A stretch of 64,000 bases of DNA from assembly GCA_045806525.1 (NCBI GenBank), contig JBJMJD010000087.1, positions 22,814 to 86,813 of the forward strand, written 5' to 3'. Below are positions 18,350 to 27,822 of the stretch, piece by piece. The number at the start of each line of letters is the position of its first letter. The stretch's first letter is position 1. The stretch is from Gaiellales bacterium (GTDB lineage Bacteria; Actinomycetota; Thermoleophilia; Gaiellales; JAICJC01). The translations under genes and the position numbers were made by a program. The notes under the pieces are model-generated. The model made no database searches. It was given only the letters and a program-made list of their open reading frames with translations, and was not told the DNA's origin.

Positions 18350-19538
18350 GCATCACGTCCCATCTCGCGTGCAGCGCCAGCGGCGCCCTGAACTCCCAGC
18401 CCGACAGCTCCACCGGCTGCTCCGCATCCAGGCGCAGGTGCGGCAGCCGCTCGAGCAGCAGCCGCAGCGGCAGGCGCACCTCGTGGCGGGCCAGCGACGC
18501 GCCCGCGCAGTGGTGCGCGCCCAGGCCGAACGCCGCGTGCGCGCCCGTGCGGTGGATGTCGAACCGCTCCGGTTGCTGCCAGTGGCGCTCATCCTGGTTG
18601 GCCGACGCCAGCACGGCGGCGATCACCGTGCCCGGCCGAAGCGTCACGCCCGCGATCTCCGTGCGCTCGGTCACCTGCCGCGTCTGCGTGCCAACCGGCG
18701 AGTGCCAGCGAAGCGCCTCCTCGACCGCACCGTCCAGCAGCTCCGGGTGCGCCCGCACCTCGGACAGCGCTTCGGGGTGCTGCAGCAGCGCCCACAGCGC
18801 GATGCCGAGCGCGTGCCCGGGCTCCTGCATGCCGCCCAGCAGGATCAGCTTCAGATTGGCCAGCACCTCCGCCTTCGACAGCCGCTCGCCGTCCGGCGGC
18901 TGGGTGTGCAGCATGTCCGACAGAACGCTTCCGTCCGGCTTCTGCTCCAGCCGGTCGAGCAGCGGCAGCACGCGATCATCGACCTCCGCGCTCGCGGCGT
19001 CGGCGATCGCCTGCTTGCCGGGATCCGACTCGAAGTTCGAGCCGCCCAGCGCAAGCGCGCCGAACCAGCGCCTCAGCGTGTCGGCGTCGGCGTCGCCGAG
19101 GCCCATCACCGCGCCCAGGGCCAGCACCGAGACCGGTTCGCAGTAGGTCGCCATCAGCTCGCCGCCGCCGTCCGGCTCGATCGCGGCCAGGTGCCGCCCC
19201 GCGATCGGCTCGATCACGGCCGAGGCATAGCCCGCCACCACGCGCGGCCGCATCGCCGGGTCGATGGTGGCCCTGATCCGGCGCTGCTCGGCGCCGTCCA
19301 CGGTCAGCATGTTCTGTCCCAGCGTGCGGGTCAGCGGTGAGGAGCCGACGTCGGCCGTGAACAGCTCCGGGTGCCGCGCAACGTGCTGGACGTCCTCCCA
19401 CCGCGTTATCAGGGTCAACCCCACCGCCGGCACGTGGCAGACCGGTGCCTCGTCGCGCAGCCGCCGGTAGATCGGGAACGGATCCCGCTCCAGATCCGCG
19501 ACCGTGATCGACTCGGCGAACGTCTCGATCGAGCTCAT
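18342..19538 (-). CDS. Cytochrome P450
   Basis: Starts MSSIETF at ATG 19538 (ATGA overlap with the upstream stop). Heme loop FGLGAHHCAGASLA. EEALRW (ExxR). Confidence 0.9.
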   Translation of the reverse strand: MSSIETFAESITVADLERDPFPIYRRLRDEAPVCHVPAVGLTLITRWEDVQHVARHPELFTADVGSSPLTRTLGQNMLTVDGAEQRRIRATIDPAMRPRVVAGYASAVIEPIAGRHLAAIEPDGGGELMATYCEPVSVLALGAVMGLGDADADTLRRWFGALALGGSNFESDPGKQAIADAASAEVDDRVLPLLDRLEQKPDGSVLSDMLHTQPPDGERLSKAEVLANLKLILLGGMQEPGHALGIALWALLQHPEALSEVRAHPELLDGAVEEALRWHSPVGTQTRQVTERTEIAGVTLRPGTVIAAVLASANQDERHWQQPERFDIHRTGAHAAFGLGAHHCAGASLARHEVRLPLRLLLERLPHLRLDAEQPVELSGWEFRAPLALHARWDVMHG

Positions 19539-20860
19539 AGGTGGTGCGTGTACTCGGCGAACTCCCAGTCGGTCACGTACTTGCGGGCGCGGTCGAGCTC
19601 GGCGCCCTTGATCGTCAGGAACGTGCCGACCAGCTCCTCGCCCATCGCGTCCTTGATCACGGCGTCGGCGTCCAGCGCCTCCAGCGCCGCGTCGAACGTG
19701 CGCGGCAGCGGGGTGCAGTCCTCGGCGCCGGGCTGCTCGTAGATCAGGCCCTCGAACGGCTCCGGCGGCTCCAGCTGACGCTCGATGCCGTCCAGGCCCG
19801 CGAACAGTGCGGCCGCGGCTGCCAGGTAGGGGTTGGCGGCGCCGTCGCCCAGGCGCAGCTCGATGCGGGTGGCGCCGCCGCGCTCGCGTGGCACCCGCGC
19901 CAGGCACAGCCGGTTGTCGTGGCCCCAGCTGACCAGGGTCGGCACCAGCGCCTCCTCGTTGATGCGGCGGTAGGCGTTGGTGGTGGGGTTGAAGAAGGCC
20001 ATCAGCGCCGGGCCGTGGTCGAGCAGCCCGGCCAGGAAGTGGTGGGCGACGTCGGAGAGCCCCTGGTCGCGGTCGCCGTTCAGCAGGTTCGCCCCGGAGT
20101 CGTCCGACAGCGACAGGTGCAGGTGGAAGCCGGATCCCTCGTCGTCGTTCCAGGGCTTGCCGATGAACGTGGCCAGCAGCCCGTCGATCGCGGCCATCTC
20201 CTTGACCACGTTCTTGAACAGGTAGGCGCGGTCGGATGCGTCCAGCGCGTCGGAGTGGCGCAGGTTGATCTCGTACTGCGAGCGGCCGAACTCGTGGTTG
20301 GCGGCGTAGGCGCCGAGATCCATGTCGACGCACGCGTGCAGCATCCGGCGCAGCAGTCCGCGCGGGTCGGCAACCGCGCCCACCGTGTAGACGTGGCTGT
20401 CGTTGTCGACGTAGCGGCGGTAGCCGTTGGGGGCCGACGGGTCGGCCTCGCACAGGTAGAACTCCAGCTCCGGGCCCAGCACCGGCACCAGCCCACGCTC
20501 GGTGTAGCCTGCGATCGCCCGCTTGAGCACGCCGCGCGAGTCGACGCCGTAGGGCGACCCGTCCATCCGCTCCAGGTCGGCCAGGCAGAGGGCGACATCG
20601 GCATCCCAGGGCAGCCGGCGCAGCGTCGAGGGGTCGGGCCGCGCCACGATGTCCTGAAAGCCGTGCTCGAACCCGGCCACCACGTTGTGCCGCAGGTCGA
20701 CCGTCATGATCGCCTCGCAGTGGGCCGCGCCGTCGTCGGACAGGTGCTCGAAGAACGAGACCGGGAACTCCTTGCCGCGCGCGATGCCATGCAGATCCGG
20801 GTAGCTGAGCCGGACAGTGTTGACGCCGGCCTTGATCAGCTGATCGAGCGTTTCGGCCAT
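19535..20860 (-). CDS. Glutamine synthetase-like gamma-glutamyl ligase (GlnA3/PuuA/IpuC-type)
   Basis: 441 aa. GS catalytic fold motifs: GPELEFYL, NHEFGRSQYEI, GSGFHLHLSL, NAYRR, RIELRLGDGAANPY. Confidence 0.9.
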   Translation of the reverse strand: MAETLDQLIKAGVNTVRLSYPDLHGIARGKEFPVSFFEHLSDDGAAHCEAIMTVDLRHNVVAGFEHGFQDIVARPDPSTLRRLPWDADVALCLADLERMDGSPYGVDSRGVLKRAIAGYTERGLVPVLGPELEFYLCEADPSAPNGYRRYVDNDSHVYTVGAVADPRGLLRRMLHACVDMDLGAYAANHEFGRSQYEINLRHSDALDASDRAYLFKNVVKEMAAIDGLLATFIGKPWNDDEGSGFHLHLSLSDDSGANLLNGDRDQGLSDVAHHFLAGLLDHGPALMAFFNPTTNAYRRINEEALVPTLVSWGHDNRLCLARVPRERGGATRIELRLGDGAANPYLAAAAALFAGLDGIERQLEPPEPFEGLIYEQPGAEDCTPLPRTFDAALEALDADAVIKDAMGEELVGTFLTIKGAELDRARKYVTDWEFAEYTHHL

Positions 20861-20895
20861 CTACCGCCCTTTCCGAGAGGAGGGATCGAAGTGTT

Positions 20896-22143
20896 TCACG
20901 CCGGCGTGACCCGCACCGGCATGGTCTTGTAGGCGTTGGTGAAGTTCGAGTGCATGCGGCTGGCGGGCGCGGTCGGTTCGACCGCGGAGATGCGCGGCAA
21001 CAGCTCCTCGAACATGATCCGGGTCTCCAGCTTGGCCAGATGCGCGCCCAGGCAGAAGTGGGGGCCGCCGCGGCCGAACGTGACGTGGTTGTTGGGCTTG
21101 CGGGTGATGTCGAACCGCAGCGGATCGGGGAACTGCTGCTCGTCGTAGTTGGCCGACACCAGCCACGTGACGACCTTGTCGCCCTCGCGGATGCGGACGT
21201 CGTGCAGCTCGGTGTCGGCCGTTGCCGTGCGCCGGAAGTGGATCACCGGCGAGCTGTAGCGCATGATCTCCTCGGTCGCGCTGCCCATCAGGTCGGGCTG
21301 CTCCTGCAGCCGCCGCATCGCCTCCGGGTTGTCCATCAGCGCCTGCATGCCGTGGGCGATCGACTGGCGCGTGGTCTCGTTGCCGGCCACCACCAGCAGC
21401 AGGAACATCGTGTCGAACTCCTGCTCGGTCAGCCGGTTTCCGTCCTCGTCCTCCCACATCACCAGCTTCGAGACGAGGTCGTCGGTGGGATGCTCGCGGC
21501 GCTCGCGGGCGATCTGGTGCCCGTAGTTGTAGAGCTCCATCGCGTAGGGGCTGCGGAACGGGTAGAGCCGGTACTTTGCGCTCTCCGGGCTGGCCGGGTG
21601 CAGGCCGCCGAGGTCGGGATCGGTGTTGCCGATCATCTTGTCGCCCCAGGCGATCAGCCGCTCGTCGTCGGACAGCGGCACACCCAGAATCCGGCACAGC
21701 ACCTGGATCGGCAGCTGCTTGGCGACCTCCTCGACGAAGTCGAACTCGCCTCGGGGCAGCGACTCGTCCAGGATCTGGCGGGTGAGATCGCGCAGCAGCT
21801 GCTCATAGGCGGCCACCGCCCGCGGGGTGAAGCCCTTGTTCACGATCGCGCGCAGGCTCGAGTGCTTGGGCGGGTCGGTGTCCAGCATCGACTTGCGGGC
21901 CTCGATCTGGTCGGGGTCGAGGTCCTCGAGCGCCGTCGCACCGGTCTCCGACGAGAAGGTGCGCCAGTCCTTCAGCACCGCCACCACGTCGTCGTAGCGG
22001 GTGATGCACCAGAACCCCTTGCCGTACTCCCAGTCGTACCAGTGCACGGGCGCCTGGCGGCGCATCAGCGTGAACGTCTCGTGCGGGATCCGCTCCGCAA
22101 AGGCGTCGTTGTCGAGGTAGACATCGGCCAGGGTGTGGGTCAT
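20896..22143 (-). CDS. Cytochrome P450
   Basis: 415 aa. Heme loop FGRGGPHFCLGAHLA. AGNETT I-helix motif. EEIMRY (ExxR). Confidence 0.9.
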   Translation of the reverse strand: MTHTLADVYLDNDAFAERIPHETFTLMRRQAPVHWYDWEYGKGFWCITRYDDVVAVLKDWRTFSSETGATALEDLDPDQIEARKSMLDTDPPKHSSLRAIVNKGFTPRAVAAYEQLLRDLTRQILDESLPRGEFDFVEEVAKQLPIQVLCRILGVPLSDDERLIAWGDKMIGNTDPDLGGLHPASPESAKYRLYPFRSPYAMELYNYGHQIARERREHPTDDLVSKLVMWEDEDGNRLTEQEFDTMFLLLVVAGNETTRQSIAHGMQALMDNPEAMRRLQEQPDLMGSATEEIMRYSSPVIHFRRTATADTELHDVRIREGDKVVTWLVSANYDEQQFPDPLRFDITRKPNNHVTFGRGGPHFCLGAHLAKLETRIMFEELLPRISAVEPTAPASRMHSNFTNAYKTMPVRVTPA

Positions 22144-23588
22144 GCCGTGCTCCCATCCAGGATCTGCAGCGTCTTCAGGTCGGAGTAGAAGTCGAGCGCG
22201 TAGTCGCCGCCCTCGCGGCCGATGCCGCTGATGCCTACCCCGCCGAAGGGCGCCGTCAGGTCGCGCACCAGGAAGGTGTTGACCCAGACGGTGCCGGCGC
22301 GGACCGCCCGCCCCACCCGCTCGGCCCGCTCCCGCGTGCCGGTGTAGACGATCGCCGACAGGCCGTAGCGGGTGGAGTTGGCCAGCTCGACGGCCTCCCG
22401 CTCGTCGCGAAACGTCTGGAACGTCAGCACGGGGCCGAACACCTCCCGCTGCACCACCTCGGAGTCGTTGGACCGCGGCTCGATCAGCGTCGGCTCGTAC
22501 CAGAGGCCGCCCATCTCCGGCTGCCTGCCGCCGCGCACAATCCTGTCGCCGTTTGCCCGCGCCCGCTCGACGAAGCCCTCGACGCGGGCCAGGTGGTCGG
22601 GATGGATCAGCGGCGAGACGGTGGTGCGGTCGTCACGCGGGTCGCCCAGCACCTGGGCGTCGACGCCGGCGTGGAACCGCTCCAGGAAGGCGTCGCGGAC
22701 CGACTCCTCGACCAGCAGACGGGTGCCGGCCAGGCACACCTGCCCGGCGTCGTCGTACTGGCCGGCGGCCTTGGCGGCGGCCGCGTCCAGGTCGGAGTCG
22801 GCGAACACGATCAGCGGCCCCTTGCCGCCCAGCTCGGCCGTGAACGGGACGATGTTGGCTGCGGCGGCAAGGCCGATCGAGCGCCCGGTCTCGGGTGAGC
22901 CGGTGAAGCTGATGCGGCGCAGGCCGGTGCTCGAGACCAGCGCTGCGCCGGCCTCCTCACCGATGCCCTGGACGACGTTGAACACGCCGGGCGGGAATCC
23001 GGCCTCGGCCGTCAGGTCGGCCAGCAGCGAGCACGAAAGCGGCGCCCACTCCGGTGGCTTCAGGATCACCGTGCAGCCGGCGGCCAGACCCGGCGCCGTT
23101 TTCCAGGTGGACAGCATGAACGGCGCGTTCCAGGGCGTGATAACGGCGGCCGCGCCGCTGGGCATCCGGATCACGCGGTTCTGGGTCGAGTTCGAGCTCC
23201 ACACGCGCTCCTGGTAGGTGGCGGACAGGTCGGCATAGGCGCGGAAGTTGCGCGCGCCGCGGGCGATCACGCGCGCCTTCAGCGAGCGCTCCAGCATCGC
23301 CATGTCCAGGCACTCGACCGTGGCGATGCGGTCGATGTTCGCGTCGATCAGCTCGGCCAGGCGGTGCAGGTGGGCGGCGCGGCCCTCCGCCCCCAGCGCC
23401 GCCCAGTCCGGGAAGGCGGCGCGGGCCGCGTCCACGGCCTGATCGACGGCCTTCTGGTCGCCGCGGGCGACCTCGGCGATCACGCGCTGGTCGATCGGCG
23501 AGATCACCTCGAACGTGTCGTCACCGTCGACCCGCTGGCCGCCGATGAAGTGGCCCGACGGGACGGTGATGTTCGCGACCGTGCTCAC
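22140..23588 (-). CDS. NAD-dependent aldehyde dehydrogenase (HpaE / hydroxymuconic-semialdehyde dehydrogenase-like)
   Basis: GTG start with GTGA overlap. ITPWNAPFMLSTWKTAPGLAAGCTVILKPPEW, ELGGKGP, and GQVCLAGTR catalytic Cys. Confidence 0.9.
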   Translation of the reverse strand: MSTVANITVPSGHFIGGQRVDGDDTFEVISPIDQRVIAEVARGDQKAVDQAVDAARAAFPDWAALGAEGRAAHLHRLAELIDANIDRIATVECLDMAMLERSLKARVIARGARNFRAYADLSATYQERVWSSNSTQNRVIRMPSGAAAVITPWNAPFMLSTWKTAPGLAAGCTVILKPPEWAPLSCSLLADLTAEAGFPPGVFNVVQGIGEEAGAALVSSTGLRRISFTGSPETGRSIGLAAAANIVPFTAELGGKGPLIVFADSDLDAAAAKAAGQYDDAGQVCLAGTRLLVEESVRDAFLERFHAGVDAQVLGDPRDDRTTVSPLIHPDHLARVEGFVERARANGDRIVRGGRQPEMGGLWYEPTLIEPRSNDSEVVQREVFGPVLTFQTFRDEREAVELANSTRYGLSAIVYTGTRERAERVGRAVRAGTVWVNTFLVRDLTAPFGGVGISGIGREGGDYALDFYSDLKTLQILDGSTA

Positions 23589-24361
23589 GTTCGGAACTCC
23601 ATCAGGCCAAGGTCGAGCACGCTGACGCCGCCGTCGACAGGGATCACGGTGCCGTTGACGTAGGCGGCCGCCGGCGAGAGCAGCCAGGCCACCAGCCCGG
23701 CCACCTCGTCGGCCTCACCGGCGCGGGGGATGGGCATGTGGGCGTGCGCCAGCCGGTAGGCGCCCTCGCGGTCGGTGCCGCGGAGCCCGGCCAGCTCGTC
23801 CATCGCGCCGTCGGCCATGGGGGTGCGGATCCAGCCCGGGCAGACCGCGTTTGCGCGCACACCGCGCGGGCCAAAGTCGACGGCGATCGACTGCACGAGC
23901 ATGTTCAGGCCGGCTTTGGACGTGCAGTAGGCCGATGAGTCGGGCCCGGCTCGCAGGCCGGCCAGCGAGGAGACCGCGACCAGGGAGCCGCCGCGCCGCT
24001 CGAGGTGGGGGAGGGCCGCGCGTGCGGTCAGGAAGGCGCCGGTGAGGTTGCTGCGCAGCACCGCGTCCCAGCTCTCCGGCGTCTGGTCGACGACGCTGCC
24101 CGAGTGCGACACGCCCGCGCAGTAGACCAATGCGTCGAGGCCGCCCAGCTCCTCGACGGCCGTGCGGACGGCGGTCTCGGCGCCGGCAGGGTCGCCGCAG
24201 TCGCCCGCCACCGCGATGCCGCCGATCTCGGCCGCCACCTGCGCCAGCGGATCCAGCCGGCGCCCGGTCACGACCACCCCGTAGCCGTCGGCCGCGAGCC
24301 GCCGCGCGACGGCCGCACCGATGCCGGTGCCGCCACCGCTGACCAGCGCCGCCGCGCTCAT
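23585..24361 (-). CDS. Short-chain dehydrogenase/reductase
   Basis: ATG 24361 (ATGA overlap). VSGGGTGIG cofactor loop. Catalytic YCTSK. Confidence 0.85.
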   Translation of the reverse strand: MSAAALVSGGGTGIGAAVARRLAADGYGVVVTGRRLDPLAQVAAEIGGIAVAGDCGDPAGAETAVRTAVEELGGLDALVYCAGVSHSGSVVDQTPESWDAVLRSNLTGAFLTARAALPHLERRGGSLVAVSSLAGLRAGPDSSAYCTSKAGLNMLVQSIAVDFGPRGVRANAVCPGWIRTPMADGAMDELAGLRGTDREGAYRLAHAHMPIPRAGEADEVAGLVAWLLSPAAAYVNGTVIPVDGGVSVLDLGLMEFRT

Positions 24362-25146
24362 TCCGGAATCGTCTCGAGGTCGTCGACGGTATAGGCGAAC
24401 TGGAATCGGAAGCCCTTGCCGACCCTCAGCGGCGCCAGCGTGTCGTGCTCCTCGCCCGGCGCGGGGTACAGCGCCAGCGTGGCCGCTCCCTCGTGAATCT
24501 GGGAGGCCGAGCGGTTGCTGGAGCGGGCCCGCACCAGCTCGTCGACCGCCGGGTCGCCCCACCGGCCCGCCGCCAGGCGCGGGAAGTGGCGGTGGTTGAC
24601 CAGGGGCGGGTCGTTGTGCGTGGGGCCGGCTTCGCTCAGCCGGTCGGGACTGACCGTGCCCTCGGCCAGCAGCCGGCCGTTGGCGGTGAGCGTGCCGGCG
24701 AAGATACGGCCCTCGGCCCGGCAGTCAAGGCCAAAGCTGCGCGTCATGTGCACCTCGCCAAGCTTCTTTGGGAACCCCTGGATCCAGCCCCGGATCAGGG
24801 CGAAGTCGCGGTCGACCCAGATGTAGGGACAGGTGGTGACGTGCTCGTCTCCCAGCATCGCGTTGGCGACGATGAAGAACTCCTTGTACTGGCTGCGCAC
24901 CGGGTCGAGCAGCTCCTCGCCCGAGTCGGAGCAGGACTGCCAGTCGACGAACAGGGCGGCGCAGCGGCCGGGGTCGTCGGCGAAGGCGGTCAGCCGCGCG
25001 GGCAGCACGGCGGCCACCGCGTCCGGGTCGGCCCAGAACTCGATCACCAGGAAGTCGCCGACGTAGTGCCATGGCGGCGATGGGATGATGGACGCGCCGC
25101 CGTGCGGGGAGAGCGGCAGCGAGTATCCGCGCGGCCCGTCGCTCAT
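24358..25146 (-). CDS. Acetoacetate decarboxylase (ADC)-family protein
   Basis: ATG 25146 (ATGA overlap). 262 aa: PPWHYVGDFLVIEFWADP...YKEFFIVANA...IWVDRDFALIRGWIQGFPKKLG, typical of the ADC beta-cone family. Confidence 0.8.
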   Translation of the reverse strand: MSDGPRGYSLPLSPHGGASIIPSPPWHYVGDFLVIEFWADPDAVAAVLPARLTAFADDPGRCAALFVDWQSCSDSGEELLDPVRSQYKEFFIVANAMLGDEHVTTCPYIWVDRDFALIRGWIQGFPKKLGEVHMTRSFGLDCRAEGRIFAGTLTANGRLLAEGTVSPDRLSEAGPTHNDPPLVNHRHFPRLAAGRWGDPAVDELVRARSSNRSASQIHEGAATLALYPAPGEEHDTLAPLRVGKGFRFQFAYTVDDLETIPE

Positions 25147-25427
25147 GGCCGCTCCAGGGAGCCGACCACCTCGTACATGACCGCGTCGTCGGCCGGCGAC
25201 ACCTCGATGCCGAGCCGCTCGCGCGCCTCCTCGATCTTCGCCATCGCGGCGTCCGCGGCATCGGCGTCCTGGAACACGGTCACCGACACCGCCGAGCCGT
25301 CCTCGGCCAGGCAGTGGTAGAGAGCGGTCACACCCTCCACGCCGCGCAACGCCTCGATCACCCACTCGGAGCGGTCGAGACCGAGGTCACCGCGTCCCGC
25401 CTCGAAGCGGGCGACGCGGACGATCAC
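25143..25427 (-). CDS. Small ABM/dimeric alpha-beta-barrel-like protein
   Basis: GTG 25427 (GTGA overlap with the hpaB stop). 94 aa: VIVRVARFEA...VSVTVFQDADAADAAMAKIEEA. The family assignment is tentative. Confidence 0.55.
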   Translation of the reverse strand: MIVRVARFEAGRGDLGLDRSEWVIEALRGVEGVTALYHCLAEDGSAVSVTVFQDADAADAAMAKIEEARERLGIEVSPADDAVMYEVVGSLERP

Positions 25428-26893
25428 GAGGGCTCCTCCAGGAACTGCTCGACCAGCGACTCCGGGAACGACTTGTCGGCGATCTTGTAGGCCAGCGCCG
25501 TCATGCGGTAGGAGTCGGACAGGTAGAACCGCTCGTAGAGCTCGCCGCGACCGCCCAGGTCGCTGCCGATGTAGTCCCAGGCCAGGCGGAACAGGCGGAT
25601 GCGGCGCTCGGCGTCGGCACCGGCTGCCTGGTAGTACTTCGCGATCTCGTCGGCCAGCGGGCCGTCCATGTCGGCCCGCGAGGGCGTGGCCATGAAGCCA
25701 CCGCCGCCGATCAGCTGCAGCAGCTCGTTCACATAGGGCAGCCATTTCGGCATCTCGCCGCGCAGCGCCAGGAACGGGCGGTCGTCCGGATACCAGACGC
25801 CGCCCTCGTCCAGGGCCGAGCCGGCCTCCGCCGAGATCAGGCCGGAGCGGGTCAGCTCGGCCATGTTCCAGACCTGGCCGAGCTTCTCCTGGATGTGGTC
25901 GAAGCGCACCACGCCGGTGGTGTTGGCAAGCATGTGGCCGAGCCCGAGCGCGAACGACAGCTTCACGTAGGCACGCGTGAAGGCCTGGTGCATGATGTGT
26001 CCGCGCCAGCCGGTGTCGGTGATCACCTCCGAGTAGGCCTCGGTGTCACCGCACAGGAACAGCCTGTCCTTCGGCACCTCGACGTTGTCGAAGATGACGA
26101 CGGCGTCCATCTCGTCGAAGCGCGACGACAGCGGGTAGTCAAACGCCGAACGCTGCTTCGAGTAGCTGTCGCGGCAGATGAAGCGCAGGCCGGGCGTGCC
26201 CATCGGCAGCGCGAAGGCCAGCGCGTAGTCGCCGTCCTGGGGGCGGATGTCGGAGCCGGGGTAGATGGTCAGCTCGTCGGCGTAGGGGGCCAGCGTGGCC
26301 AGCATGCGCGCCCCGCGCACGGTGATGTGGTTCTCGGTCTCACCCACCTTGTGCAGGGCGACCTCGCCCGCCGCCTGCTCGGCCTCCGGCTTGCTGCGGT
26401 CGACCTGCGGGTTCATGATCGAGTGGGTGGTGGAGAGGTCGCGGTCGCGCATAAGCTTCTGGTAGGCGACCAGATTGGCGGCCCCCTGCTCGTTGCCGCG
26501 GCGCGCCCAGACGTCGGCGCGGCCGGCGAAGCAGGCGAAGGTGACGTTCAGGTAGTCGGGGGTGCGGCCCATCATGCCGGCGGTGAGGGCGGCGGTCAGC
26601 TCGATGGCGCGGCGGCGGCGCTCGAGGTCTTCGCGGCTGCGCGGGATCAGGTGGGTGACGTTGACCAGGCGCCCGTCGTCGGGCGAGGCCGCCAGCATCT
26701 CGTCGGCGTGCTGGTGTTGCAGGTCGTAGACGCGGGCCATGGTGCGCGCCGCCTCGGCCAGCTGCGGGTGCTCGAGCGGGTGGGTGATCTTCTCGCCGTT
26801 CAGCCAGATCTCGCGGGCGTCGCCGCGCAGGCCGTCCAGGAACTGCTGGCCGGTGCGGGCGGCTGTCGGCGTCTGCTGCTGCGCGGTTGCCAT
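25424..26893 (-). CDS. hpaB: 4-hydroxyphenylacetate 3-monooxygenase, oxygenase component family
   Basis: 489 aa with HpaB-family hallmarks along its length (GRTPDYLN, THSIMNPQVDRSK, RFDEMDAVVIFDNVEVP, ERFYLSDSYRM). Confidence 0.9.
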   Translation of the reverse strand: MATAQQQTPTAARTGQQFLDGLRGDAREIWLNGEKITHPLEHPQLAEAARTMARVYDLQHQHADEMLAASPDDGRLVNVTHLIPRSREDLERRRRAIELTAALTAGMMGRTPDYLNVTFACFAGRADVWARRGNEQGAANLVAYQKLMRDRDLSTTHSIMNPQVDRSKPEAEQAAGEVALHKVGETENHITVRGARMLATLAPYADELTIYPGSDIRPQDGDYALAFALPMGTPGLRFICRDSYSKQRSAFDYPLSSRFDEMDAVVIFDNVEVPKDRLFLCGDTEAYSEVITDTGWRGHIMHQAFTRAYVKLSFALGLGHMLANTTGVVRFDHIQEKLGQVWNMAELTRSGLISAEAGSALDEGGVWYPDDRPFLALRGEMPKWLPYVNELLQLIGGGGFMATPSRADMDGPLADEIAKYYQAAGADAERRIRLFRLAWDYIGSDLGGRGELYERFYLSDSYRMTALAYKIADKSFPESLVEQFLEEPS

Positions 26894-27822
26894 CAGGCCT
26901 CCTGGTGTGTCAGCGGGGGAAGCTGCTCTCCCTTCGCGAGCAGGCCGTCGCGCTCGTAGCGGACGGCCTCCTCGTCGAATCGGAAGTATGACCGTGGCGG
27001 CAGGATGCCCCAGACGTTGCTCGAGTGGGGGGTGTCGTCCCAGTCACGCGGCTCGTGATCGGGCTCGAGTTGCTCCATGTCGCAGTAGCACTCCACGATC
27101 AGCTGCTCGTCGGGGACGCGAACGTACCCGCACAGGTTCTGGGCCAGCGCGTGGCGCAGGGGGCCCCAGACCAGCCAGCGGCCGTGCTGGCCGAGGTGGT
27201 CGAACACCACCCGCAGCTCGCCCCAGTCGACGTACTCGAACGCGAAATGGTGGAAGTGGGCTACGTCGTGCTGCACGAGCGCCATAGAGTGGTGGTCGGA
27301 GTTGATCGAGAGCCAGTTGCCGGCGCCCAGCAGGCGGTCGGATATGCGCATGCCCAGCACGTCGGTGTAGAAGGAGGTGGCGCGGTCGAGGTCGGTGGTG
27401 AGCACGTTCACGTGGCCGAGCTTGCGCGGGTGCAGCCCCGGCAGCGTCTCGGTCGACCGTGCCACCGGCGGCCGGCGGTCGTCCTCCTCGCGGAACGGCA
27501 TCAGCTCGATGCCATAGCCGTCGGGGTCTGCGAAGTGGAGGCCCCCGTCGTGGTGCTCGTAGTCGACGCCGTGGTGCTCGAGCTGGGCGGCCGCGTGCGC
27601 CAGCGTGCAGCTGCGGCGAAGCTCCCAGCCGGTGTGGTCGTGGCCGGGAGGTTCGGCGCCGACCAGCTGGAGCGAGTAGGGCTCGTAGGCGCAGCGCAGG
27701 AAGGCGTGGTGGCCGACCCGCTCCACCTCGGTCAGGCCGAACTGGATCGCCCAGCGGTGCTCGGCCTCGTCCAGGTTGGCGACCCGCAGCGCCACGTGAT
27801 CGATGCGGCGGATCTCGATCAT
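26893..27822 (-). CDS. Type I extradiol ring-cleavage dioxygenase (catechol/homoprotocatechuate 2,3-dioxygenase-like)
   Basis: Two VOC modules. IDHVALRV..., LGHVNVLT..., HHFAFEY metal-ligand region. Confidence 0.85.
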   Translation of the reverse strand: MIEIRRIDHVALRVANLDEAEHRWAIQFGLTEVERVGHHAFLRCAYEPYSLQLVGAEPPGHDHTGWELRRSCTLAHAAAQLEHHGVDYEHHDGGLHFADPDGYGIELMPFREEDDRRPPVARSTETLPGLHPRKLGHVNVLTTDLDRATSFYTDVLGMRISDRLLGAGNWLSINSDHHSMALVQHDVAHFHHFAFEYVDWGELRVVFDHLGQHGRWLVWGPLRHALAQNLCGYVRVPDEQLIVECYCDMEQLEPDHEPRDWDDTPHSSNVWGILPPRSYFRFDEEAVRYERDGLLAKGEQLPPLTHQEA

